The position numbers and the translations under genes were made by a program. The notes below the pieces were generated by a model. The model saw only the letters and a list, made by a program, of their open reading frames with translations. It did no database searches and had not been told where the DNA came from. Below are positions 30,088 through 38,938 of a stretch of DNA of 64,000 bases, in pieces. Numbering within the stretch: position 1 is the stretch's first letter; each line of letters starts with the position of its first letter. Source of the DNA: a virus. Location of the stretch: positions 1 through 64,000 of the IMG/VR virus record IMGVR_UViG_3300035565_000044; one strand, written 5' to 3'.

Positions 30088-30808
30088 TTGCAGCCTCTAA
30101 GGTCTTCTTTTTGTCAGCAAAAGCGGTTCTCACAGACGAGAGTCCAGGGCCATCTGGGATATTATTGAGGGCGTCTCGATTCTCTTCTAACCATTTATTA
30201 AGTTCAGGAATGGCCTTGCAACGACGTATCTCATCTATAGCCGTTTCTACGACTTTAGCATTATGAGTTTCATCGAGCCTGTTTTGGATGGTGGCGGCTC
30301 CATCATCATCGGTTGTGGCTAGGCACAAATAGGACTGAAGCCCATACCTCTTGCCAAACGTTAGAGAGGAACCAATGCTGTAGACAGTGGTTTCAGTAGG
30401 GAGTTCAACAAGAACAGCTTCCCACTGACCAGATTCTACATGCGTTATAAGTGTGATGATGGGGGATGTGTACCAGCGCTTTACCGTATTACCATGCGAG
30501 CGTATTGTTCCTGAGAACTGCTTCAGAAGGAACCCGTGTTTATTCAAGACGGGGCGCACGGTTGCTAGAAGGTTGCCAAGGCTGGAGAATCTTGATTTGG
30601 TAAACGGATTAGCTTTATCAGCGATAATTAACGCTTCAAGCTCTAATTGCACCTTGAGCATCGCCTTATTGAAAGGGAATGATGCGGTAGAGGCGATAGC
30701 TTCACCAAATCCTCTGAAGTATGGGGCAGGTATGTCTTGTAGTGGTATTCTATCTTCTGATTCTACTGGGTTTACTTGCGCGTCGAAGTCTTCTTCTATT
30801 TCACTCAT
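30029..30808 (-). CDS. erf: ERF-family ssDNA annealing protein
   Basis: KANPF.KS.F..L..V.PVL.KHG and GSSLTFGKRYGL..DDDG motifs. Confidence 0.85.
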   Translation of the reverse strand: MSEIEEDFDAQVNPVESEDRIPLQDIPAPYFRGFGEAIASTASFPFNKAMLKVQLELEALIIADKANPFTKSRFSSLGNLLATVRPVLNKHGFLLKQFSGTIRSHGNTVKRWYTSPIITLITHVESGQWEAVLVELPTETTVYSIGSSLTFGKRYGLQSYLCLATTDDDGAATIQNRLDETHNAKVVETAIDEIRRCKAIPELNKWLEENRDALNNIPDGPGLSSVRTAFADKKKTLEAANEPVSAEDAAKSSKRKPKE

Positions 30809-30821
30809 TTGATTTTCCACG

Positions 30822-30860
30822 AAAAATAGCTGGAAGGAAACTATATCCTACCAGCCATTC
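30822..30860 (-). terminator. Intrinsic terminator directly downstream of pentamer array 1
   Basis: Minus strand AATGGCTGGTAGGA..TCCTTCCAGCTA followed by TTTTT. Confidence 0.6.
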
Positions 30861-30869
30861 AAAATCAAA

Positions 30870-30954
30870 CGGTGCGTTGAGATGTGTAACGATATGTAAC
30901 GATATGTAACGATACGCCACGTTACGCCACGTTACGCCACGAGGCGAAACGATA
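30870..30954 (-). repeat. CGY-NN pentamer array 1 (17 units)
   Basis: NN on minus strand: AT TT CT GG AA GG AA GG AT TA AT TA AT TA AT AA AC. Confidence 0.9.
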
Positions 30955-30993
30955 TCTGGTGAAAGACGGAGCCAATGCCGAGCAAGCGATCCG

Positions 30994-31245
30994 TCAAGGA
31001 TTTTTATCAGCTCCGTCCTTCTGCTGATTAACGTATCCAGCTTCTTTGATCATGTCAAGCGTCTCTATTATCCCTGTGATAAACATTCCTATGCATATAC
31101 CGCTTGTGAAGCCAAATGATCCCCATATGAAGTCAAAGTACATACTTGCAATCGCAAGAATTGACATGATAGACATGGTTACGATGGCCAGTCTCCATGC
31201 TGGTTCAGTCTTGAGAAGGATAAAGAATATCTTTGTTCTTGTCAT
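30994..31245 (-). CDS. Small protein with two transmembrane segments
   Basis: 83 aa with two hydrophobic stretches. Confidence 0.55.
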   Translation of the reverse strand: MTRTKIFFILLKTEPAWRLAIVTMSIMSILAIASMYFDFIWGSFGFTSGICIGMFITGIIETLDMIKEAGYVNQQKDGADKNP

Positions 31246-31248
31246 CTT

Positions 31249-31264
31249 AGTTCCACGTGAAACG
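31249..31264. promoter_or_regulatory. parS-like palindrome 4 (at the 3' end of array 2)
   Basis: AGTTCCACGTGAAACG. Confidence 0.7.
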
Positions 31265-31327
31265 TTGCGTTGCGAGACGGCGCAGGGCGCTGCGGCATGT
31301 TACGTCGCGAGATGTTGCGACGCGAGA
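31263..31327 (-). repeat. CGY-NN pentamer array 2 (13 units)
   Basis: NN: CT GT AA CT GA AA GC AG CC GC CT AA AA. Confidence 0.9.
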
Positions 31328-31535
31328 AACAATATTCACTGGTGTGCTGTTACGCCAAAGAGGGCACGGGTTTATCCTAGGCAAATCGCGGACCACACGA
31401 AGCACCGTTGGCCTCCCCTCACTCTTTAAAGGTATAGTGGAGTCCATCCCACTTGGCTGCTTCTAGGCCAACCTCCCAGTGAAATTAAGCCCTTAACGTG
31501 AGTTGTGCGCGTGAAGCGTAGCTTCGCTACTCCCG

Positions 31536-31841
31536 TTAAGCGGCTTCCGAGTTGTGGGCAGCTTGGAAACCAGCCATCCCACCAATTTCAATCCAATTTT
31601 CAAACGACTTTCTGTCTCCACAACACACAGCGGGAACGAAATTGTTTATAAATTCGGCAATGTCGTAAAGGCGGCGGCGGCTGGCGAAATCAGCATGCTC
31701 CAGAGCGCCTAACAAATTATTACTAAAAAACGCTTCAAGAAAACATCCTGGGTTAACCCCTTCATCAACATAACGCGTCAGGGGATGGCGTAAATGCGCC
31801 GGAACAAAGTCCCATACAGCCCTAGACTTCCAATCGTCCAT
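31536..31841 (-). CDS. Phage hypothetical protein
   Basis: RYV..G..PG.FL.A..SNNL..A...AD motif; RBS AGGAG. Confidence 0.7.
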   Translation of the reverse strand: MDDWKSRAVWDFVPAHLRHPLTRYVDEGVNPGCFLEAFFSNNLLGALEHADFASRRRLYDIAEFINNFVPAVCCGDRKSFENWIEIGGMAGFQAAHNSEAA

Positions 31842-32129
31842 GTTTCTCTCCTGAAAAAAAATTCCCGGTTAGCCGATAGGGAAAAGCCAACCGGGAGAAG
31901 TTGATAGAGGGAACGCAGCCCATCCCCTTTGGTTTGGACGTACAAGGGACGGGCGTGGGATTAATATAGACCCTTATGAAAAACACGCAAGGGGTAATCG
32001 TTCGATACGGACGACATTTTAGAATGAGGCAAAAATATCACAGAACCGTGGCCAAACGCCAACGGATGGGTTGACCATCCGCTACGAATAGGCTACATCC
32101 ATTCTCGTAGTAACCGAAAAGGGGAAATT

Positions 32130-33092
32130 ATGAAGTTCGGATATAAGGTTCTGGCTATGGTCGCGCTCTCTGCGACTCCTGCCATGGCGGCTGATCTCGG
32201 TAATTCTGGCGGATATAAGGACTCGGTTGAAACCGTAGCGCCTGGAGTGTCCGCAAGCTGGACTGGCTTCTACATCATGGGTGGACTGGGGCGCAGCTCC
32301 ACGTCGCATGATGTGAAGGGCCAGGAAGACTTGGCTACGGCGAAGGCGCTGACTGACGTTTATGTTCATTTCGATGGTGAGGGAAAGCGTACCTACAATA
32401 GCACTGCATGCGCAGTCAATGAAGATTGCTATAGGGCTTATAAGCAGGGCGATACTCTTCACCATAATAAAACTGGCCATGATCTTGTGGACAGCAATTC
32501 TAGCCTTGCTGGTTACACTGTAGACGCCACAAACTTTTTCTCCACTGATGGCACCGCTAGCGGGTTTGTAGGCTCTTTGGGCGTTGGCTACGATAAGCAG
32601 ATTGGCTCCATGCTGCTTGGCGTCATGGCTGACTACCAATTCCGCACCAACAAGACCACAATCGGCGGAGTTAGCGTTAAAGAATCTGACGCTATCTTCC
32701 TCGGCGCCCGTGCTGGTTTCCTTCCAACCCACAACATGCTTGTCTATGTGCTGGGTGGATACACATGGTTGAACCATTCTGGAGTTGTTAATTCTCTTCA
32801 GAGTGCTGACACCAACTATGGTGATGCCGGATACACAGCGAAATATGGCGATGGCAGCTTCGGCGGATTTACCCTTGGCGGAGGTGCTGAAATCCCCGTG
32901 GCTCGGAACTGGTTCCTTGGCGTTGAAGGCCGTCATACTTGGTACGGAAAAGAAGACCTCGTGTCCTCTACCTATACCTACACGTCTCCAACGGCCTACC
33001 ACCAGGACAAGTACCACGTTACCGACGAGCCTACCGAATGGTACGTCGGCGCCACCCTCAAGCTGAAAATGGGCGGCGACAGCTTCAAGTAA
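32130..33092 (+). CDS. Outer-membrane beta-barrel protein, Omp25/Omp31/RopB-like
   Basis: Signal peptide ..PAMA|ADL; SWTGFY.GG.G, GYD.Q.G, RAG...LVY..GG and GFTLGGGAE motifs. Confidence 0.85.
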   Translation: MKFGYKVLAMVALSATPAMAADLGNSGGYKDSVETVAPGVSASWTGFYIMGGLGRSSTSHDVKGQEDLATAKALTDVYVHFDGEGKRTYNSTACAVNEDCYRAYKQGDTLHHNKTGHDLVDSNSSLAGYTVDATNFFSTDGTASGFVGSLGVGYDKQIGSMLLGVMADYQFRTNKTTIGGVSVKESDAIFLGARAGFLPTHNMLVYVLGGYTWLNHSGVVNSLQSADTNYGDAGYTAKYGDGSFGGFTLGGGAEIPVARNWFLGVEGRHTWYGKEDLVSSTYTYTSPTAYHQDKYHVTDEPTEWYVGATLKLKMGGDSFK

Positions 33093-33123
33093 CTTGCACG
33101 ACGACCCGACTCGCGTGTAATGT

Positions 33124-33170
33124 GAGCGCTCTTCTGAGAGGCCCCCCCTTTCAGAGGAGCGTTTTCTTTT
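33124..33170 (+). terminator. Intrinsic terminator after the OMP gene
   Basis: GAGCGCTCTTCTGA..TCAGAGGAGCGTTT followed by a T tract. Confidence 0.7.
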
Positions 33171-33225
33171 TAACGCTCCGTGGCGTATCATAGCACCCCG
33201 CCCCGTTCCACAACGCAACGTAACG
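33171..33225 (+). repeat. CGY-NN pentamer array 3 (11 units)
   Basis: NN: AA TC GG AT AG CC CC TC AA AA AA. Confidence 0.9.
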
Positions 33226-33232
33226 AGATATC

Positions 33233-33550
33233 ATGACTGTTATTGGAATACAGATGCTGGAGCCAACAGCAGAAGGTAAAAAGAACCTAAGCAATAGAGA
33301 CGTTGAATTTCTTAATCATGTAGCCCAAGAGATTGTTTTTGCTCGTGGGAAATTTCCAGGAACGAAGCATATGGTTGCCGTACTCTTGGAAGAGGTAGGA
33401 GAGCTGGCCAAGGCGCTCCTGGACTATGAGAACGACATTGCCCCTAAGGACGAGATTTGGCTGGAGGCGGTTCAATCCAGCGCCATGGCCATGAGATTGG
33501 CTACAGAGGGCGTTGACGGCATGCGGTACTCCAGATACAGTAACGAATGA
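33233..33550 (+). CDS. MazG-like NTP pyrophosphohydrolase
   Basis: LLEEVGELAKALL..E..Q motif. Confidence 0.75.
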   Translation: MTVIGIQMLEPTAEGKKNLSNRDVEFLNHVAQEIVFARGKFPGTKHMVAVLLEEVGELAKALLDYENDIAPKDEIWLEAVQSSAMAMRLATEGVDGMRYSRYSNE

Positions 33551-33610
33551 TTTCTCCCCGCTCCGTATCGTAGCGTATCGTACCGCAACATACCTTGACG
33601 TAACGCATCC
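33551..33610 (+). repeat. CGY-NN pentamer array 4 (about 12 units)
   Basis: NN: TT CC TC AT AG AT AC AA AC GA AA AT; begins immediately after the MazG stop codon. Confidence 0.9.
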
Positions 33611-33629
33611 GAATCAGATACTTTCGTAG

Positions 33630-33658
33630 AAAGGCCCTCCACCTTGGGGGGCTTTTTT
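33630..33658 (+). terminator. Intrinsic terminator downstream of array 4
   Basis: AAGGCCCTCCA-CCT-TGGGGGGCTTTTTT. Confidence 0.7.
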
Positions 33659-33672
33659 GCTATGGGGATGAT

Positions 33673-34041
33673 ATGCTGAAAGAACGTGCGCTCAAGAGGT
33701 TAAAGAAGAATCTAGGGAACACATATGGCTACAGAAACGCAGCGTTGGCTAAAGAGCCGACGCCAGCGGAAAAGGTCATAGAAACCAAAAAAGAGGAGAC
33801 TGGTCTAACCATTTTAGACCTAGGCTCCAAGCAATGTAAATGGCCTACAGGCTACAACGAGTTCGGAGAAATTACTTTCTGTGGCAAGAAGAGACACCAA
33901 AGAGAGGACACTGGTGCGAAAAGTCCGTATTGCGCTTCACACCATCGGCTTGGACTCGACAAATATAGACCAAGACGAGGAAACGGAGGCGGCGGAGACG
34001 CCAAAGGCGATAGTGTACGCTCAACTGGCAAGGGCGGTTGA
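33673..34041 (+). CDS. gcrA: GcrA-like cell-cycle regulator (C-terminal Cys/His domain)
   Basis: LTILDL..QCKWP.G..FCG..SPYC..H motif of GcrA. Confidence 0.8.
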   Translation: MLKERALKRLKKNLGNTYGYRNAALAKEPTPAEKVIETKKEETGLTILDLGSKQCKWPTGYNEFGEITFCGKKRHQREDTGAKSPYCASHHRLGLDKYRPRRGNGGGGDAKGDSVRSTGKGG

Positions 34042-34342
34042 CGAGTACGTCTGCGACATGATCATGGTCAAGTCTAAGGCTGGCCATGGGCTTCCTGCCA
34101 TTGCTGAATATCTTGGCCTTGAGCAGGATACCATATTGCATATGGGGAGCACCAAAGTAGAGGGCAGCTACCAGGGAAAGGCTGGAGCCAAGCTATCTGA
34201 CAGAGAGCGATTAGAAAGAAATAGGATTATTATAGACCTTTATGAAAAAGGTTTTCGACAGGTAGACATAATTAGGAAAATGAATATTTCCGCCCCTGTC
34301 GTCAACACCATTATATCAAAGCACCTTGGTAAGAATAAATGA
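33881..34342 (+). CDS. HTH protein; start uncertain, overlaps gcrA
   Basis: RN.IIIDLYEKGFRQVDIIRKMNIS..VV..II HTH pattern. Confidence 0.55.
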   Translation: MARRDTKERTLVRKVRIALHTIGLDSTNIDQDEETEAAETPKAIVYAQLARAVDEYVCDMIMVKSKAGHGLPAIAEYLGLEQDTILHMGSTKVEGSYQGKAGAKLSDRERLERNRIIIDLYEKGFRQVDIIRKMNISAPVVNTIISKHLGKNK

Positions 34343-34371
34343 TCAACAGCGTCGTCAGAAATGGCGGCGCT

Positions 34372-34387
34372 TTTTTCACGTGAAACA
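34372..34387. promoter_or_regulatory. parS-like palindrome 5
   Basis: TTTTTCACGTGAAACA. Confidence 0.65.
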
Positions 34388-34656
34388 CAAAAGCAAACGG
34401 CCCAGAGCCGTTCCAAGCTCTGAGCCGCCTACCTCAAGAAAGGAGATTACCAATGTCAGTGTAGAGAAGGTACACTTAAGACACATCGCGCCCTTAGCGC
34501 AATTGAGGCTCATGGAAATGCAACCCAATCACAACGCTATCTCTGCCGTCCTTCATATTAAGGATGACATTAACCATTCACCCTGATAATCTATATTTAT
34601 AATTTAAACATGGATATCAGGACTCATGATGCCTAGTGTTGTACCACTAAGCGGCC

Positions 34657-34938
34657 ATGGAGTCAACCCCCTGGAGGTTTACCATGCCGCTTGAGAGCCT
34701 ACCCAAAATGGTGATGAAAGCAGTACATGAGGCAGATAACGATCCTGACGCACAGGCGGCTATCGTGGAGGTCCAAGCGCGTATGCTGGGTATGTCCATA
34801 GCCCTCATGACAAATGGCGACGCCAGGGCCGCCAATGAGCTTCTAGAGGGCGCTTCTCAGTACGCTATAGAGCAGGCTGCATCAACACAGCAGATCGACA
34901 GAATGTTGAACATAGCCCTTAAAAAGATCGGTCACTGA
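34657..34938 (+). CDS. Hypothetical protein; start possibly 34684
   Basis: Helical ORF; GGAGG precedes the second ATG. Confidence 0.55.
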   Translation: MESTPWRFTMPLESLPKMVMKAVHEADNDPDAQAAIVEVQARMLGMSIALMTNGDARAANELLEGASQYAIEQAASTQQIDRMLNIALKKIGH

Positions 34939-35413
34939 GGCCAGGGAGCTGGCGCCAGAGACTTTCTCTAATAGGAATTAGCTCTGCGCCAACTTCACTG
35001 AACATCCTGTCTGCATGAACGCAGTTCTCATGCCACCTGTCTGAGAAACTACTTCTAACGATGAAGGGAAATACCACCCTCCGAATTCCACGTTGGATGA
35101 GCATAGCTGCGCACCCAGCGCACACGGGACACCAGGGTGCTGGCACGGCCACGTGTATGGTGCAACCGTGTAGCCGCTCTGTAGCGTAGGCCATGGCGTT
35201 TGCTTCTGCATGGATAATTCTCGGGTATTTAAGTGATCGATCATTAAATATCTCTGGAGAATCGTCACAGCCGCTAGGGAAACCATTTACGCCCATGCTG
35301 ACTATGCTATGGTCCGGCCTTGAAATAACGGCTCCGACCTTTGTTGATGGGTCTTTACTCAGGCGCCCAGCGATGTAGAAGGCGAGGCCGAGATATTCTA
35401 AGTCCCAATTCAT
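34919..35413 (-). CDS. dCMP deaminase
   Basis: SKDPSTKVGAVI, G.NGFP.G, HAEANA and C..C motifs. Confidence 0.9.
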   Translation of the reverse strand: MNWDLEYLGLAFYIAGRLSKDPSTKVGAVISRPDHSIVSMGVNGFPSGCDDSPEIFNDRSLKYPRIIHAEANAMAYATERLHGCTIHVAVPAPWCPVCAGCAAMLIQRGIRRVVFPFIVRSSFSDRWHENCVHADRMFSEVGAELIPIRESLWRQLPGLSDRSF

Positions 35414-35506
35414 ATTGGTTCCATAAAAATATCCCCCCAGCCAGGAAGGGTGACTGAGGGGATAAGTCAATCTGGGGAGATTATGCGATATCCGTGAGGA
35501 ATATCC

Positions 35507-35731
35507 GTGAGGACAGATTTATCTGAACTCTATCCTGCTGTCAAAGAGAAAATCATCCGTGTCAGATGGAAAAAAATGATAGCGGGCGCGGTATGGCAAA
35601 AACAGGGGAACCGCTGGCGTTGCGTTTTTAGCCCTCATGAACTAAGGTGGATGGCGAAGAGCACCCCAGAGCAAGCCAGGAGACGCCTGGAGGCCATGGG
35701 AGCTAAGTGGGAATGGTTAGAGCAGGATTGA
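35507..35731 (+). CDS. Hypothetical protein
   Basis: RBS GAGGA; the AVW.K.G..W.C..L.WM pattern recurs in 36163-36408, suggesting paralogues. Confidence 0.55.
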   Translation: MRTDLSELYPAVKEKIIRVRWKKMIAGAVWQKQGNRWRCVFSPHELRWMAKSTPEQARRRLEAMGAKWEWLEQD

Positions 35732-35927
35732 GATATGGGACGCCACAGGCCGAAAGACAGAAAGCATAAGGGCAGCAGCGAAACGCGGTATGAAGGCGAC
35801 CCGCGCGCTGTGCGTATTTATTTTGAAGATAGATCGAAGTACAAGGGCGCTATGATCTTGGCCGTGCGCCACAAAAATGGCGTAGGGCGTCCGCCAATGG
35901 TAAATATAAATGCGCGTGGTAAGTAAG

Positions 35928-36176
35928 ATGGCATGGAATTATAGGGTAATGGAGTTCCCTGGAGACGAAGGTCATACTCTCTTGGGAATTCACGAAGTTT
36001 ATTATAACGAAGCTGGGGAGCCTAGGGCGTATTCTAAAGAACCAGTTCCAGTTGTGTGGGAAGGGTCAAATACCCCAGACGACATGAATGGCGGCAATGA
36101 TATCATCAATACGATGCTTGAGGCCATCAATAAGCCTATTCTAAAACCTTCAGACTTCCCTGATGGAAGTTACTGA
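35928..36176 (+). CDS. Phage hypothetical protein
   Basis: WNYRVM..GIHEVYY..G.P motif. Confidence 0.7.
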   Translation: MAWNYRVMEFPGDEGHTLLGIHEVYYNEAGEPRAYSKEPVPVVWEGSNTPDDMNGGNDIINTMLEAINKPILKPSDFPDGSY

Positions 36177-36408
36177 GAAATATCTCTGGGTGGACACCGG
36201 CCATTATGCGGCCGTGTCCATCTGGGAGAAACGGGGCAAAGACGGAGAATGGGTTTGCACCTACGCCGAGCCCCTTATTGGTTGGATGAAGGGTACGCCA
36301 GGGCTCAAGGTGCGCGACCGTCTTGATGCTGCTGGGACGTTCTATGTGTGGTGTGATCCAACGGATCGGGGAATTGCTCTGGGAAGAGCTTTTCGAGCTG
36401 GCGGATAA
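36163..36408 (+). CDS. Hypothetical protein (probable paralogue of 35507-35731)
   Basis: IWEK.G..WVC..IGWM pattern. Confidence 0.5.
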   Translation: MEVTEKYLWVDTGHYAAVSIWEKRGKDGEWVCTYAEPLIGWMKGTPGLKVRDRLDAAGTFYVWCDPTDRGIALGRAFRAGG

Positions 36409-36627
36409 GGCCAAGCATCTCGTAGAAGTAGTTGTCTTCAGCAAACTCACCTATGAAACATTCACACGGATCACGCTTGCAGGTACAAACATGTTTCTCC
36501 ATGACAATTTCTCCAATTTAATGGTTCTGGTGCTATTTATTATGTTGGCCATATTCGTTCTGGCTATCATGGCGCCAGTATAGGAACCATGAGCGAGCTC
36601 CTAGGAAGTATGGGAACCATCATCAGC

Positions 36628-36900
36628 CTACGCGCCTCCCGTTTCAAACGGGATGCTGGAACCAAATAAGATATCAAGCTCTGCAACGCCATATCTCTTC
36701 TCCTGAATTGTCAGCCCATTCCACCCTCTTACCCACCGCCTTGGGTTTCCGCATCCTAGACAACTGCATATCTGCAAGTTATCTGCGGACCTTTGCACGC
36801 GCCACAGCAGGTTAGTGGGTTTAGACGTAGAGTTTTGCTTTATTATCCGTTCAGCTTTTCTGCGCATACGCTGTTTGTGGTGGCGCCTCAGGGCTCTCAT
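36628..36900 (-). CDS. Phage hypothetical protein
   Basis: CSC..CGNPRR..LTIQE motif. Confidence 0.65.
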   Translation of the reverse strand: MRALRRHHKQRMRRKAERIIKQNSTSKPTNLLWRVQRSADNLQICSCLGCGNPRRWVRGWNGLTIQEKRYGVAELDILFGSSIPFETGGA

Positions 36901-37234
36901 TGATCCATTCCGTCATAACGTTGGTTGTCATGACGCGCCTCCCAGATCCTATTTTGAAGTAGGCGGGGGTTTCCACATTACGCCTTCCCCATAACTTTGG
37001 TACAATAATAATTTCATAACCCACCCATCCCTCGCGTTGAGCCGTTTGTAGGGCTAGGTGTACATTGGCGATAGAGAGGTGATGACCGTACATCCTCTCA
37101 AGCTCCCGTAATATGACCATAGACCGTTTTGAGCTAGTGTAGCTAAGGACGGATGGGAGGCTGTTGATGATATCATCTTGGTTAGGTCCACTGGAGACGG
37201 CCTTTATCATCCCTACTGCATCTTTCCAGCTCAT
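36851..37234 (-). CDS. Hypothetical protein
   Basis: TAATG coupling to the vWA gene. Confidence 0.5.
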   Translation of the reverse strand: MSWKDAVGMIKAVSSGPNQDDIINSLPSVLSYTSSKRSMVILRELERMYGHHLSIANVHLALQTAQREGWVGYEIIIVPKLWGRRNVETPAYFKIGSGRRVMTTNVMTEWINESPEAPPQTAYAQKS

Positions 37235-38262
37235 TACATTCTCCTGACTAGAGTCCATATCATAAGTTTAGAGTTTATAGGAAGCTTACGATTATTGCTT
37301 GTACTCTGGATATATATCTCATAACCCCCATGGTCTCCAGGGGACAGGGATATGTTACCCTGATGCGGCAAACCAAGTAGGTCACGGGCAGCTATGCCGC
37401 TGTAGACGCTCCCTGTGGCTTTGTCCCTTATGCAGATAACCTTATGATCCTGAACAACTTTTTCGTATTTAACCAACTCATACAAAGAAGTTCCCTTACG
37501 GAAATCTCCAGTCTTATCCCTGCAAAAACTCTCTATGTTGTTCGGCACGTCAACAGGAATAATGCGCACTTCACTAGAGATATCCACCAGGGCCGCTTTA
37601 ACGTCCTCAGCCTTGACGTTCTTCAGGTTCGAGTAGAAGCTCGTGGTAGAGCGTCCGCCGCTGGCTCTGAGGCTGAAATACTCATTCACAGCCAAATCGT
37701 TGGCCGCTGTAGCCGCTTTGAAACCGCTCTCAGTCTGCACCCACTCCAGGATATTCCCTTCGTGGACGCCAAGCTTAACCAGAGCTGATTTATAGCCCTT
37801 GGGAACTCTAAAGACAAAGCTCCACCTATCCGTAGCGTGAAGACGCTCCATCTCGGAGGCCAGCCCTCTTTTCCATTTCTCTGACGAGCTGTTCTCTTGC
37901 CCATCAGTTGTAACCATAACAAGAAATGAAACGTCTAGACTATCAGCGTCTGGAACGCTAGACAATAGAGTTATAGCTTCTCCAACAGAGTCAAAAAGTG
38001 GAGTGCTGGCTCCATTGGTGATATATGATTTTTCCTCAATAGGTTTAAGAACGTGAACACTAGAGTTGATGTGTTCTCTAACAACCTTGCCCTCACCGGG
38101 GCCAATTCCGCACTTTATAGTGCTGACGATTGTGTCGATATTATTTATGGTTGCGGCGTTCTTTATAGACGCTATGTTAGCGTTATAATCGCGAGCGGCG
38201 GGGGCAGCTATCCGACCCATGGAATAGCTATGATCACGGATAAAGGCGATGTACTGCTTCAT
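37234..38262 (-). CDS. von Willebrand A (vWA) domain protein
   Basis: MIDAS DHSYS, TPLFDSVG and TDGQENSS motifs. Confidence 0.85.
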   Translation of the reverse strand: MKQYIAFIRDHSYSMGRIAAPAARDYNANIASIKNAATINNIDTIVSTIKCGIGPGEGKVVREHINSSVHVLKPIEEKSYITNGASTPLFDSVGEAITLLSSVPDADSLDVSFLVMVTTDGQENSSSEKWKRGLASEMERLHATDRWSFVFRVPKGYKSALVKLGVHEGNILEWVQTESGFKAATAANDLAVNEYFSLRASGGRSTTSFYSNLKNVKAEDVKAALVDISSEVRIIPVDVPNNIESFCRDKTGDFRKGTSLYELVKYEKVVQDHKVICIRDKATGSVYSGIAARDLLGLPHQGNISLSPGDHGGYEIYIQSTSNNRKLPINSKLMIWTLVRRM

Positions 38263-38323
38263 GCTATTTCCTTTCTAGCAAAGACGCCGCCCAGAGCGGG
38301 GGCTCACTGGACGGCGTCAACTT

Positions 38324-38764
38324 CTACAACTTCTTTAGTACGTTAAGGATGCATCTGCCAGTATCAGCTCTTGTATGGGGATATGCGCCAAGGTTGTACT
38401 GGTCATCTGCATAAAGCCAATCGCACAACTTTTCGGTAAAAGCGGTTTTATCGTACACGCCTAGAGTGCTGCGTCCGTACTTGTAGGAGAGACGTCCAAT
38501 TTCACCGAAATCAGGGTCAACAAAACACTTGTGCTCAACTGAAACTCTGCTCTTACCTCTAATAAACGCATACGCTAAGAAAGAGCTACGCAACGCAGAC
38601 TTCACCACGCGTACTCTGTGATCGTGAAGGCCGAAGTTAAGTTCACTGCGTTTCTCATGATTTTTGAAACGCCCATGAACTGTGTATTTCTTTTCCTCAC
38701 ATCTAATGATGCGCGCCTCTTCAGAGAGGCTTTTTATTTTAATCTTAAGATAAACTTTAGACAT
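38324..38764 (-). CDS. Phage hypothetical protein
   Basis: LKIKIKSL.EEARIIR.EE..L..HR..LAYAFIRG pattern; RBS AGGAG. Confidence 0.75.
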   Translation of the reverse strand: MSKVYLKIKIKSLSEEARIIRCEEKKYTVHGRFKNHEKRSELNFGLHDHRVRVVKSALRSSFLAYAFIRGKSRVSVEHKCFVDPDFGEIGRLSYKYGRSTLGVYDKTAFTEKLCDWLYADDQYNLGAYPHTRADTGRCILNVLKKL

Positions 38765-38781
38765 TCGTTTCTCCTGATGTT

Positions 38782-38797
38782 TGTTTCACGTGGAACA
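38782..38797. promoter_or_regulatory. parS-like palindrome 6
   Basis: TGTTTCACGTGGAACA. Confidence 0.8.
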
Positions 38798-38858
38798 TGA
38801 AAGCAAATACAGGAGGTGGACGAGGTGCATATTCACGTCATTGAATGTTTCCTAAAGT

Positions 38859-38934
38859 TGGTAGCGGGAGCCAGATTCGAACTGACGACCTCCTGGTTAT
38901 GAGCCAGACGGGCTTACCTCTGCCCTATCCCGCA
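38859..38934 (-). tRNA. tRNA-Met(CAT), initiator-like (1:72 mismatch)
   Basis: Cloverleaf; anticodon loop CTCATAA; T loop TTCGAAT; encoded ACCA; U1xU72. Confidence 0.9.
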
Positions 38935-38938
38935 TTAT

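Noticed and set aside
31247-31466. Arg-rich ORFs over the arrays (also 41779-42000 and 48940-49149)
   Set aside because: RHVTS/ATRR-like peptides are by-products of the 5-nt periodicity, with no convincing RBS.
32082-33218. Long antisense ORFs (378 aa here; also 39244-40263 and 49826-50488)
   Set aside because: They are shadows of well-supported genes on the opposite strand.
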